Shown here: piece after piece, positions 18,237 through 25,872 of the stretch
How the letters are laid out: each line of letters opens with the position of its first letter
Numbering within the stretch: the stretch's first letter is position 1
Source of the DNA: Gaiellaceae bacterium
Lineage (GTDB): Bacteria > Actinomycetota > Thermoleophilia > Gaiellales > Gaiellaceae
Assembly (NCBI GenBank): GCA_050697615.1
Contig: JBOGZX010000481.1
Span: 1 to 36,281, forward strand
Direction of reading: 5' to 3'
DNA length: 36,281 nt
Made by a program: the position numbers and the translations under genes
The notes under the pieces: generated by a model
The model's input: only the letters and a program-made list of their open reading frames with translations
Told to the model about the DNA's origin: nothing
The model's database searches: none

Positions 18237-18587
18237 ATGGACGATCCGACAGCCGAGAAGATCGCCGCGAACAACGGTCGGTTTCGGGAGGCGAACCAGC
18301 AGATCGCGGCCGCCGCGGCCGACTACGGTCTCGAGGACGGGCGGCTGGTGCCGTTCGTCTGCGAATGCTCCGATCCCGGCTGCACGGAGCTGATCCGACT
18401 CGAGCTCGACGACTACCGGCGTATCCGGGGTAACCCGCGCTGGTTCGTGCACGCCCGCGGCCACGAGAGCTCGCTGCCCGGGGCGGTGAGGCTCGTCGAG
18501 GAGAATCCCCGCTACCTGCTCGTCGAGAAGGTCGGACGGGCGGGCCAGGTCGCGGCCGAGCTTGCCGAGGAGGGAAAGACGCAGTAG
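18237..18587 (+). CDS. Small conserved-looking hypothetical protein with a C-x-C-x4-C ... GHE motif (paralog 1)
   Basis: ORF 18237-18587, with GAGG just upstream of the ATG and high GC3. It aligns along its whole length with the next ORF. I cannot name a family. Confidence 0.65.
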   Translation: MDDPTAEKIAANNGRFREANQQIAAAAADYGLEDGRLVPFVCECSDPGCTELIRLELDDYRRIRGNPRWFVHARGHESSLPGAVRLVEENPRYLLVEKVGRAGQVAAELAEEGKTQ

Positions 18588-18592
18588 CGTCG

Positions 18593-18934
18593 ATGCTCGT
18601 GGAGCCGGCTCAGAAGCGGAAAGCCGAGAACGAGGCTGTCTTCCGCGCAGTCAACGAACGAATCGAGGATCTGCAGCAGCAGTTCGCCCTGGACGAGCAC
18701 GAGCCGCTGCAGATCGTCTGCGAGTGCGACCGCCTGCAGTGCATGAACCGTCTCTCGATCGATCTCGATACCTACGAGCGTGTCCGCTCCGACTCGAGCT
18801 GCTTCTTCGTTGTTTTCGGTCACGAGGACAACCAGGTCGAAGACGTCGTCGATCGGGGCAGCGGCTATGTGATCGTCCGGAAACGCTCGGGCGCACCACG
18901 TGAGCTCGCCGAGCGGACCGACCCGCGCAGCTGA
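18593..18934 (+). CDS. Small hypothetical protein with a C-x-C-x4-C ... GHE motif (paralog 2)
   Basis: ORF 18593-18934 starts 5 nt after the stop of paralog 1. Shared columns: FR-x-x-N-x-x-I, VCEC-x4-C, LD-x-Y-x-R-[IV]-R, GHE, Y-x-[LI]-V-x-K. Confidence 0.65.
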   Translation: MLVEPAQKRKAENEAVFRAVNERIEDLQQQFALDEHEPLQIVCECDRLQCMNRLSIDLDTYERVRSDSSCFFVVFGHEDNQVEDVVDRGSGYVIVRKRSGAPRELAERTDPRS

Positions 18935-18960
18935 CGAGCGAACCCTGTTGCGGAGCGTTC

Positions 18961-19626
18961 TTACCCCGCGGCCGTGCTTTCGCCGGTTGCCGTCAGGCCA
19001 TGACCGGCGAGGTAGGTGCGGAGCTTCTTGCGCGCATCGTGGAGGCCCTTGTAGAGCGCGCCTGCGTTCGTCCCGAGTACATCGGCGACCGCGTCCGGAG
19101 ACTGACCGTCGATCGCGAGCGCGCGCAGGATGGTGCGCTGGCGCGCGCTCAGCCCGTCCGCGATCCCCTCGCAGACGAGTCGTAGGACCTCCGCACGTTC
19201 GACGTCGTCGTCGCAGCCGGCCCGCGTGCCTGCCACGAGCCACACGAGCCTCGGCTCGATCAGCAGCTCACGCTCGTAGCGGCGGTGACGCCGCAGCGTC
19301 ACCGACACCTCCGTGAGCGCGAACTGACAGGCCCACGTGGTGAAGGTGCTCAGGCCGCGGAAGTCGTCCAGGTGCCCGAGCACCCGCACAACCGCCTCGT
19401 CTGTGGCCTCGTTGGCCAGCTCGTCCAGGCGTTGCCCGCGCGGCGGCGGCTGCAGGCTGAGGAGCCTCGCGTACGCCATCCGCAGGAGGAGCTCGTGGAG
19501 CCGAGCTGTCGCACACCGGCCGGAATACCCGGGCTCACGCAGTTCCCTCAGCCAGCGGCACGAGACGGGATCTCCGGCATGCTCGTGCGTCGCATCCGAT
19601 CCTGCCGACATCGACGCCAGCGTCAT
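18961..19626 (-). CDS. ECF-type sigma-70 family RNA polymerase sigma factor
   Basis: ORF 18961-19686. I prefer the ATG at 19626 or 19611 to the TTG at 19686. Region 2-like sequence: HELLLRMAYARLL...DEATDEAVVRVLGHLDDFRGLSTFTTWACQFA. Region 4 HTH: LSARQRTILRALAIDGQSPDAVADVLGTNAGALYKGLHDARKKLR. Confidence 0.8.
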   Translation of the reverse strand: MTLASMSAGSDATHEHAGDPVSCRWLRELREPGYSGRCATARLHELLLRMAYARLLSLQPPPRGQRLDELANEATDEAVVRVLGHLDDFRGLSTFTTWACQFALTEVSVTLRRHRRYERELLIEPRLVWLVAGTRAGCDDDVERAEVLRLVCEGIADGLSARQRTILRALAIDGQSPDAVADVLGTNAGALYKGLHDARKKLRTYLAGHGLTATGESTAAG

Positions 19627-19703
19627 CGATCGATGCGAGCGCCGCCATCCCGTTGAGCCACCATCTTTCCGGCGCGGGCACGGCAAGATGGCGGGAAGCC
19701 CCC

Positions 19704-20165
19704 ATGGACGCGTGCGGCGGCGACGGCGACCATCGGGGCATGCGAGCCGCCCGGCAACCCGACATCAGCGTCCTCGTCGCGGACGACGACGAAGCCGTGC
19801 GCTTCCTGCTCACGACCGTGCTGCGGGCGACGGACGGGATCGGGTCGGTGGTCGAGGCCGTCGACGGGCCGGGCGCGGTCGAGGCGGGGCGGAGGCGCCG
19901 ATTCGACGTTGCCGTGCTCGATCTCCAGATGCCGCGCTGCGACGGTGTCGAGGCGGCCCTCAGACTGCACGAGCTGCAACCGTGGCTGCGGATCGCGCTG
20001 GACAGTGGTGACAGGACTCGCCTCCACGAGCGTGGTGCCGGGCTCGGGTTGCCGCTCTTCGACAAGCTCCAGCTCGAAGCGCTCTTCGACTGGGTCGAAG
20101 AGCAGGCGCACGAGCTCGCGGCCGGGACGGCTGCGACTCCGTCGGCTCTGCTTCGCTCGAGGTGA
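19704..20165 (+). CDS. Single-domain response-regulator receiver
   Basis: ORF 19653-20165. The TTG at 19653 is unlikely; ATG 19704 or ATG 19740 are better candidates. Receiver motifs VLVADDDE and FDVAVLDLQMPRCDG are present. The distal part is somewhat atypical (ALDSGD, FDKL instead of KP). Confidence 0.75.
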   Translation: MDACGGDGDHRGMRAARQPDISVLVADDDEAVRFLLTTVLRATDGIGSVVEAVDGPGAVEAGRRRRFDVAVLDLQMPRCDGVEAALRLHELQPWLRIALDSGDRTRLHERGAGLGLPLFDKLQLEALFDWVEEQAHELAAGTAATPSALLRSR

Positions 20166-21193
20166 GCACGAAGAACGCCGGAGACGAGTGCGTTAGTGTC
20201 GTCCCGGTGGGGCGGCCGTCCGGCATCTTCCCTCGCGTCTTCGTCGTCAACGCCGCTCTGCACGGCACCGTTGCCGGCCTGCTCCTGTTCAGTCCGATCA
20301 GGATCAGCGACCCGGTCACGCGGACGCAGGCAATCCTGATCGTCGCGGCGCTGATCGCGACGCTGCTCGTCAACGGGCCGCTGCTACGAGTGGCGCTCGC
20401 GCCGCTGAAGCGCATGGCGCAGGAGATGGACGAGGTCGACCTGCTCGACCCCGGCAACCGCCTGCCGGTGCTCTCCAACGACGAGGTCGGGCGCGCGATC
20501 GCCACCTTCAATCGCATGCTCGAGCGACTGGAGCGCGAGCGGCGAGAGAGCCTCCGCCGCGCCATCTCCGCGCACGAGGACGAGCGTGCCGCTATCGCAC
20601 GCGACCTGCACGACGAGATCGGCCAGATGCTGACGACGCTCCTCCTCCAGCTCGACGCGACGACCCGGAGGCTTCCCGTTTCCGACCGCAACGAGCTCGA
20701 CGCGGCCAGGGCGTCGGTACGCCTCGCTCTCGACGAGTTGCGCCGGGTCTCGAGCCGACTCCGTCCCGCGGCGCTCGAGCAGCTCGGGCTCGTCAGCGCG
20801 CTGACCGAGCTGACGAGAACGTTCGCCCGCGCGTCGCGCGTCCGGGTCCAGCGTCGCTTCAGCGGATCACTGCCGGAACTGGAGCCCGAGACCGAGCTCG
20901 CCATCTACCGGATCGTGCAGGAGAGTCTGACGAACGTCGCGCGGCACGCGGAGGCGGCCAGCGTGACGGTCTTTCTGCGGGCAGGCGCCCGCAGGATCGT
21001 CGTGCGCGTCGTCGACGACGGTCGCGGCTTTTACGACGACCGGATCGAGCGCGGCGGGCTGCGCGGCATGCGCGAGCGGGCGTTGCTGATCGGGGCAACG
21101 CTCCTGGTTCAGCCCGCCTCTCCCAGCGGCGTCGAGGTGCGGCTCGAGGTTCCCACCGTGGCCTCTCGGCCGGTGGTCGCAGCCGTCTCATGA
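20162..21193 (+). CDS. NarX/LiaS-type sensor histidine kinase (2 TM, short loop, HAMP, HisKA_3, HATPase_c)
   Basis: The GTG at 20162 overlaps the receiver stop (GTGA). Two TM helices are separated by only about 13 residues. HAMP-like sequence: ALAPLKRMAQEM...FNRML. The H-box is ARDLHDEIGQ and the ATPase is LTNVARHA...DDGRGF. Confidence 0.9.
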   Translation: MSTKNAGDECVSVVPVGRPSGIFPRVFVVNAALHGTVAGLLLFSPIRISDPVTRTQAILIVAALIATLLVNGPLLRVALAPLKRMAQEMDEVDLLDPGNRLPVLSNDEVGRAIATFNRMLERLERERRESLRRAISAHEDERAAIARDLHDEIGQMLTTLLLQLDATTRRLPVSDRNELDAARASVRLALDELRRVSSRLRPAALEQLGLVSALTELTRTFARASRVRVQRRFSGSLPELEPETELAIYRIVQESLTNVARHAEAASVTVFLRAGARRIVVRVVDDGRGFYDDRIERGGLRGMRERALLIGATLLVQPASPSGVEVRLEVPTVASRPVVAAVS

Positions 21194-21843
21194 GCCTGCC
21201 GGTCGTGACGCGGATCCTGGTCGCCGACGACCACGCGATCTTCCGCGTCGGTCTGAAGAAGGTGCTCGACTCGGAGCCCGACCTCGAGGTCGTCGCCGAG
21301 GCCGCGGACGGCGCCGGGGCGGTCGACGAGGCGCTCCGCGAGGACGTGGACCTGGCGATCCTCGACATCTCGATGCCGCGCAAGACCGGCATCCAGGCGG
21401 CCGCCGACCTGCACAGGCGAAGACCTCAGCTTCGGATGCTGATGCTGTCGATGCACGACAACGAGCAGTTCCTCTTCCAGTCTTTGAAGGCGGGCGCGTC
21501 CGGCTACGTCCTCAAGTCCGGTGCCGACACCGACATCGTGGACGCCGTCCGCGCCACCATGCGCGGGCGTACGTATCTCTATCCGTCAGCAGTCACGACG
21601 CTCGCACTCGACTACCTCGAAGACCCCTCGGGCATCGAGGGCTTCGAGCCTCTGACACCGCGCGAGCTCGAGGTGTTGAAGCTGATCGCCGAGGCGTACA
21701 GCTCGAAGGAAATCGCCAAGGAGCTATGGATCACCGTCAACACGGTCGAGCATCATCGCCACAACATCCTCGAGAAGCTCGAGATGCGCGACCGCGTCGA
21801 ACTGACGCGCTACGCCATCAGACGCGGCCTGATCGAGCCCTGA
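21190..21843 (+). CDS. NarL/FixJ-family response regulator (REC + LuxR-type HTH)
   Basis: The ATG at 21190 overlaps the kinase stop (ATGA). Motifs: ILVADDH, LAILDISMP, LSMH, and LTPRELEVLKLIAEAYSSKEIAKELWITVNTVEHHRHNILEKL. Confidence 0.95.
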   Translation: MSLPVVTRILVADDHAIFRVGLKKVLDSEPDLEVVAEAADGAGAVDEALREDVDLAILDISMPRKTGIQAAADLHRRRPQLRMLMLSMHDNEQFLFQSLKAGASGYVLKSGADTDIVDAVRATMRGRTYLYPSAVTTLALDYLEDPSGIEGFEPLTPRELEVLKLIAEAYSSKEIAKELWITVNTVEHHRHNILEKLEMRDRVELTRYAIRRGLIEP

Positions 21844-21978
21844 CCGTTTCTGAATGCGGCTACAGCGAAGGGTAGGGCGGTCCGTTCCACGCCGGCGAAG
21901 GGGTCGACTGCCGGCGTCGGTGGGCGCGATACAACCGGCCGACGACTGCCGCGGGCACGATCGCGTCCCGCCGATGGT

Positions 21979-23241
21979 CTACATGCGACTCAGGAATGTT
22001 CGAAAGATCTCCCACCCGCCCGCGACCGCAGCGACTGGGACGCGCTCGTCGGATGCGTGAAAGAGCCCGAGGTAGTCGAACCCCGACGGAAGAGTCAGCG
22101 GCGTGAATCCGTAGCCGGCAATCCCGAGCGAGGTCAGTCTCTGCGCGTCTGTGCCCGCAGGCATCACGAACGGGACGACGACTGCTCTCGGATCGTGGGC
22201 CGCAATCGCGTCACGGCATGACGCCAAGAGTCCGCTGTCGACGGGGGAAGCGATCCCGTCCCCGCGCTGCAGCACCTCCATTGTCATGTCCTCGTCGAGG
22301 ATCTCGGTGACGGCGTCGAGCGCGCGATCGCCGGATCCAGGTAAGAAGCGGCAATCGATAGTCACCGACGCGACGTCTGGCACGACGTTGGTCTTCGCGC
22401 CGCCAGCAACGACGGTGGGAACGAACGTCGTACGCTCGCCTCGCTCCACGAACGCGCCGAGTTCGCCGAGCGCGCGCATGGCACTGAGGGTGTCCGTCGA
22501 GAGCGCCGCCGCGAGGCCGGCGCGACACCGGAGCGACGCCTCGAGCGGGAGCTCGTCGATTCGGAGGGACGCGATCCGGTTGAGGAGCGTGGCCAGCCGG
22601 TCGATCGGATTCGAGCGGATCGGGTAGGCCGCGTGGCCTGCGACGCCACGGATCGAGATCTTGATCCACAGCATTCCTCGTTCGGCCGCCTGGACGGGGT
22701 AGATCGTGGCAGGCCCGACAGGAACGGCGAACCCGCCCATCTCGCCGATCGCCTCCGTGACACCCTCGAAGAGCTCCGGTCGATGCGTGGCGAGCCACTG
22801 GCTTCCGAGCGTCCCACCCATCTCCTCGTCGGCGAAATACGCGAACACGACGTCTCGATGTGGCTTCAATCCGGCCGCCACCTCCGCCTGCGCAGCGAGC
22901 ATCATCGCGACGAACGCTTTCATATCGAGTGCGCCTCGACCCCAGAGGCAACCATCGGCCTCGGCACCGGCGAACGGATCGTGAGACCATCCGTCGTCGT
23001 GGGCTGGGACGACGTCGAGGTGGGAGTGCACGAGCAGGGCTGGAAGGCTCCGGTCGCTCCCGAGCGCGCGGGAAATCACCGAGCAGCGTCCCGGAGCCGC
23101 CTCCACGACCTCGTGGCGGATGCCGTGAGACGAAAGGAAGTTTGCGACGTAGGCGGCGGCTCGCTCCTCCGTCGACCCGGGGTTGCTGCTGTCGATCCGG
23201 AGCAGGTCGCGGCACAGTGCGACGACGTCGGAGCCGGTCAA
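21979..23241 (-). CDS. M20-family metallopeptidase (ArgE/DapE/ACY1/CPG2-like)
   Basis: ORF 21979-23241. The TTG start has GGAGG 6 nt upstream. Motifs: LLVHSHLDVVP, RGALDMK and ADEEMGG are the metal-binding blocks of M20 enzymes. Confidence 0.9.
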   Translation of the reverse strand: MTGSDVVALCRDLLRIDSSNPGSTEERAAAYVANFLSSHGIRHEVVEAAPGRCSVISRALGSDRSLPALLVHSHLDVVPAHDDGWSHDPFAGAEADGCLWGRGALDMKAFVAMMLAAQAEVAAGLKPHRDVVFAYFADEEMGGTLGSQWLATHRPELFEGVTEAIGEMGGFAVPVGPATIYPVQAAERGMLWIKISIRGVAGHAAYPIRSNPIDRLATLLNRIASLRIDELPLEASLRCRAGLAAALSTDTLSAMRALGELGAFVERGERTTFVPTVVAGGAKTNVVPDVASVTIDCRFLPGSGDRALDAVTEILDEDMTMEVLQRGDGIASPVDSGLLASCRDAIAAHDPRAVVVPFVMPAGTDAQRLTSLGIAGYGFTPLTLPSGFDYLGLFHASDERVPVAAVAGGWEIFRTFLSRM

Positions 23242-23285
23242 CCGTGACCTCCGAAGCTGTTGGTGCAGGGGTATACGACCGAGCG

Positions 23286-24320
23286 GTGACGCGGCGACGG
23301 CCTCTTGCCGACGGCGTCCCGTCCGCTGAGGATCTTCGGAGCGCGGCAGCGGTCGTCGCCCATCGACTTCAACCGACGCCGACAGAGCGAAACGAAGCGC
23401 TTTCCCGTCGGTACGCGCGCGAGGTCTACGTCAAGCTCGAGAATTGCTCGCCGATCCGGTCCTTCAAGGTGCGCGGCGCGCTCGCGGCTCTTGCGACCTT
23501 CGAAACGGGCGACCGTGACCGTGGCGTCGTCACTGCTTCGACCGGCAACCACGGACAGGGCATCGCTTACGCCGCGCGCAGCTTCGGGATGCGCGCGGTC
23601 ATCGCGGTGCCGAACGACACCGATCCCGTGAAGGTCCGGGCGATGGAATATCTCGGAGCGCGTCTGCTCGAGGGGGGTGAGTCGCTCGCGGAGTGCGAAA
23701 GCGTCGCTCAGTTGCACGGGAAGGCGACGGGTGCCCGCTACATCGAGGACGGCGACGACCGATGGTTGATGGCGGGCGCGGCAACTGTCGTCGGAGAGCT
23801 GCTCGCGGCGGCACCCGACGTCGACACCATCGTGGTGCCGGTCGGTGGCGGCAACCTCGCCGCTGCATCGCTGCTCGCTGTCGATCTGGCAGGTCACCGC
23901 GCGACGGTCGTCGGCGTCCAGTCGAGCGCGGCGACGGCCACCACTCGGAGCTGGCTCGAGGGTCGGATGCTGACGTTGCCGTGTGCAACGTTCGCAGGCG
24001 GCCTGGCGACGGGGCGACCGGGGCAGGCGTCCCTCGCCGTCCTCGACGCAATGCTCGAGAGGATGGTTGTCGTCGACGACGACGACCTCTGGCAGGCGAT
24101 CGCCTGTGCCTACGGCGCCGTCGGCCTGCCGGTCGAAGGCGCCGCCGCTGCGGGGATCGCGGCGCTCGAGCGGTTCAACGAGCTCATTCCCGGCGGCAGC
24201 CTCGCGATCGTCGTCTCCGGTGGGCGCATCGGCGCAGCCGACCTTGCGGCGGCGCTCGAGGGCAGGCCGCGACAAGAGCTCACCCCCTCCCGAGAACGCG
24301 ACCCGGCCGAGCCGACGTAG
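23286..24320 (+). CDS. Fold-type II PLP-dependent enzyme, threonine/serine dehydratase-like
   Basis: This is the C-terminal part of ORF 22860-24320. YVKLENCSPIRSFKVRGA contains the PLP lysine; STGNHGQG and GGGNL are present. The start is uncertain: GTG 23286 gives a normal N-terminus, while GTG 23244 would abut the M20 start. Confidence 0.8.
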   Translation: MTRRRPLADGVPSAEDLRSAAAVVAHRLQPTPTERNEALSRRYAREVYVKLENCSPIRSFKVRGALAALATFETGDRDRGVVTASTGNHGQGIAYAARSFGMRAVIAVPNDTDPVKVRAMEYLGARLLEGGESLAECESVAQLHGKATGARYIEDGDDRWLMAGAATVVGELLAAAPDVDTIVVPVGGGNLAAASLLAVDLAGHRATVVGVQSSAATATTRSWLEGRMLTLPCATFAGGLATGRPGQASLAVLDAMLERMVVVDDDDLWQAIACAYGAVGLPVEGAAAAGIAALERFNELIPGGSLAIVVSGGRIGAADLAAALEGRPRQELTPSRERDPAEPT

Positions 24321-25872
24321 CGGCACCGTCCGCCAGAACGCGGACGCCGTTCACGAATACGTCGCGGATGCCGGTGGGATGTCGTGCCGGGCGGTCAGGC
24401 GTCGTTCGATCGTTCACGCGGTCGGCGTCGAACACGACCACATCCGCCGCCGCGCCCGGCCGGAGATAGCCCCGATCGAAGAGTCCGGCTGCTTCCGCGG
24501 GTAGGGCAGCGAGCTTCCTGACCGCCCCTTCGAGGGTGAGTAGGCCCAGGTCACGCACGTAGTGCTCGAGCGTCCGCGCCGCGTAGCCGTACGTCGAGGC
24601 ATTCCAGGGATACGGGCAGTCCGCGTCTTCACCCGACGTCACCACGCCGTCGCTACCGAGGCTGGAATAATCGAGCGAGAGCACTCGCTGTACCTCCTCT
24701 TCGCGTGCGTAGACGTGACGGATCGCTACCGCCATGAACTGGCTTCCGGCACCGATGAGCAGATCGCAGCAGACATTCGCCACGGAGGTGCAGCCTTCGG
24801 TGGCGAGGTCGGCGAGCGACCGGCCCTGAACTTCGGGCTTCGCAGGAGACGCGGCGATGAAGATCTGGTCGTATCCCCCGGCGCGCACGAGAAAGTTCTC
24901 GCCCGACTCGAAGTGCAACCGAATCTGCTCGCGGATGGACGGATTACGCAGGTGCCGCAACACCTCGGTCGGAGGAGCCTGCATGACCTCCGTCGGGAAG
25001 AGGTCGCCAAGGGTTCCGGGACCCCAGGTCTCGGGGAACGTATCCACCCAGACCGGAAGCCCGTCCGCGGCCGCCTCCTCGAGGAGATCGAAGGCGCGCG
25101 CGCTCTGGTGAGGCGGCGCGTATGGCCGTGGCGCGATGTGCGAGAGCTGGAGCCGCACCCCCGTTCGTCGGGTTACCGACAGCGCCTCTGCCGTCGCCGC
25201 GGCGAAACGCTCGGCGCGGTTTCGCATGTGCGTGGCGTAGAACCCGTCGCGGTTCGCGACCGCTCCGGCGAGCGCCTCGATCTCGCTGGCCTGCGCGAAG
25301 CACCCCGGCTGGTACTCGAGTCCAGATGACAGGCCGGCCGCGCCGCTCTGTAGTGCCTCGTCGAGAAGCTCGCGCATGTGAGCCAGCTCGGCGACTGTCG
25401 GTTCCCGCGCCGTCAGGCCCATCACCGCGTTGCGTAGCGCGCCGTGCGGTACGAGGGCAACCACGTTGACGGCGATCCGGCGGAACCGGTCCAGATACTC
25501 CGGGAACGTGCACCAGTCCACGTCGATGCCCCATTCGCTGCTGTAGCCGAATGCAGTGCGACGGAAGTCGCGCTCCGGCGTGATCGGCGCGACGCCGCCG
25601 CCACAGTTGCCGATCACGACCGTCGTCACGCCTTGGAGGACCGCGCTTCGGGCGGAAGGAAACGCGAGCAGCGTGAAGTCGCCGTGGGAATGGATGTCGA
25701 TGAAGCCGGGCGTCACGACGCAGCCAGATGCATCGACGACTTGTGCGCTGCTCGCGGCGATCGAGCCGATGGCAGCAACACGCCCGCCGTCTAAGAGGAT
25801 GTCGGCCGTGCGTCCCGGTGCGCCCGTCCCGTCGACCACGAATCCCCGCTGGATGAGAACGCGGTCGCCTAT
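24280..25872 (-). CDS. N-acyl-D-amino-acid deacylase (D-aminoacylase) family amidohydrolase, paralog A (canonical GNCG type)
   Basis: ORF 24280-25953. Motifs: VLIQRGFVVDGTG, FIDIHSHGD, VVIGNCGGG, ATHMRN, LSHI. The start is ambiguous (see finding). 25872 is an ATA with GGAGGGA 6 nt upstream. Canonical alternatives are GTG 25839 (truncates the first strand) and GTG 25953 (85-nt overlap with the upstream gene). Confidence 0.85.
   Translation of the reverse strand: MGDRVLIQRGFVVDGTGAPGRTADILLDGGRVAAIGSIAASSAQVVDASGCVVTPGFIDIHSHGDFTLLAFPSARSAVLQGVTTVVIGNCGGGVAPITPERDFRRTAFGYSSEWGIDVDWCTFPEYLDRFRRIAVNVVALVPHGALRNAVMGLTAREPTVAELAHMRELLDEALQSGAAGLSSGLEYQPGCFAQASEIEALAGAVANRDGFYATHMRNRAERFAAATAEALSVTRRTGVRLQLSHIAPRPYAPPHQSARAFDLLEEAAADGLPVWVDTFPETWGPGTLGDLFPTEVMQAPPTEVLRHLRNPSIREQIRLHFESGENFLVRAGGYDQIFIAASPAKPEVQGRSLADLATEGCTSVANVCCDLLIGAGSQFMAVAIRHVYAREEEVQRVLSLDYSSLGSDGVVTSGEDADCPYPWNASTYGYAARTLEHYVRDLGLLTLEGAVRKLAALPAEAAGLFDRGYLRPGAAADVVVFDADRVNDRTTPDRPARHPTGIRDVFVNGVRVLADGAATSARPGRVLGRG

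Noticed and set aside
21905-21951. CGACTGCCG repeated 38 nt apart (21905-21913 and 21943-21951), with short complementary runs, in the convergent gap between the NarL regulator and the M20 peptidase. I considered it as a bidirectional terminator.
   Set aside because: Only a stem of about 6 bp with a long loop can form, and there is no U-tract. The evidence is too weak to call a terminator or a meaningful repeat.
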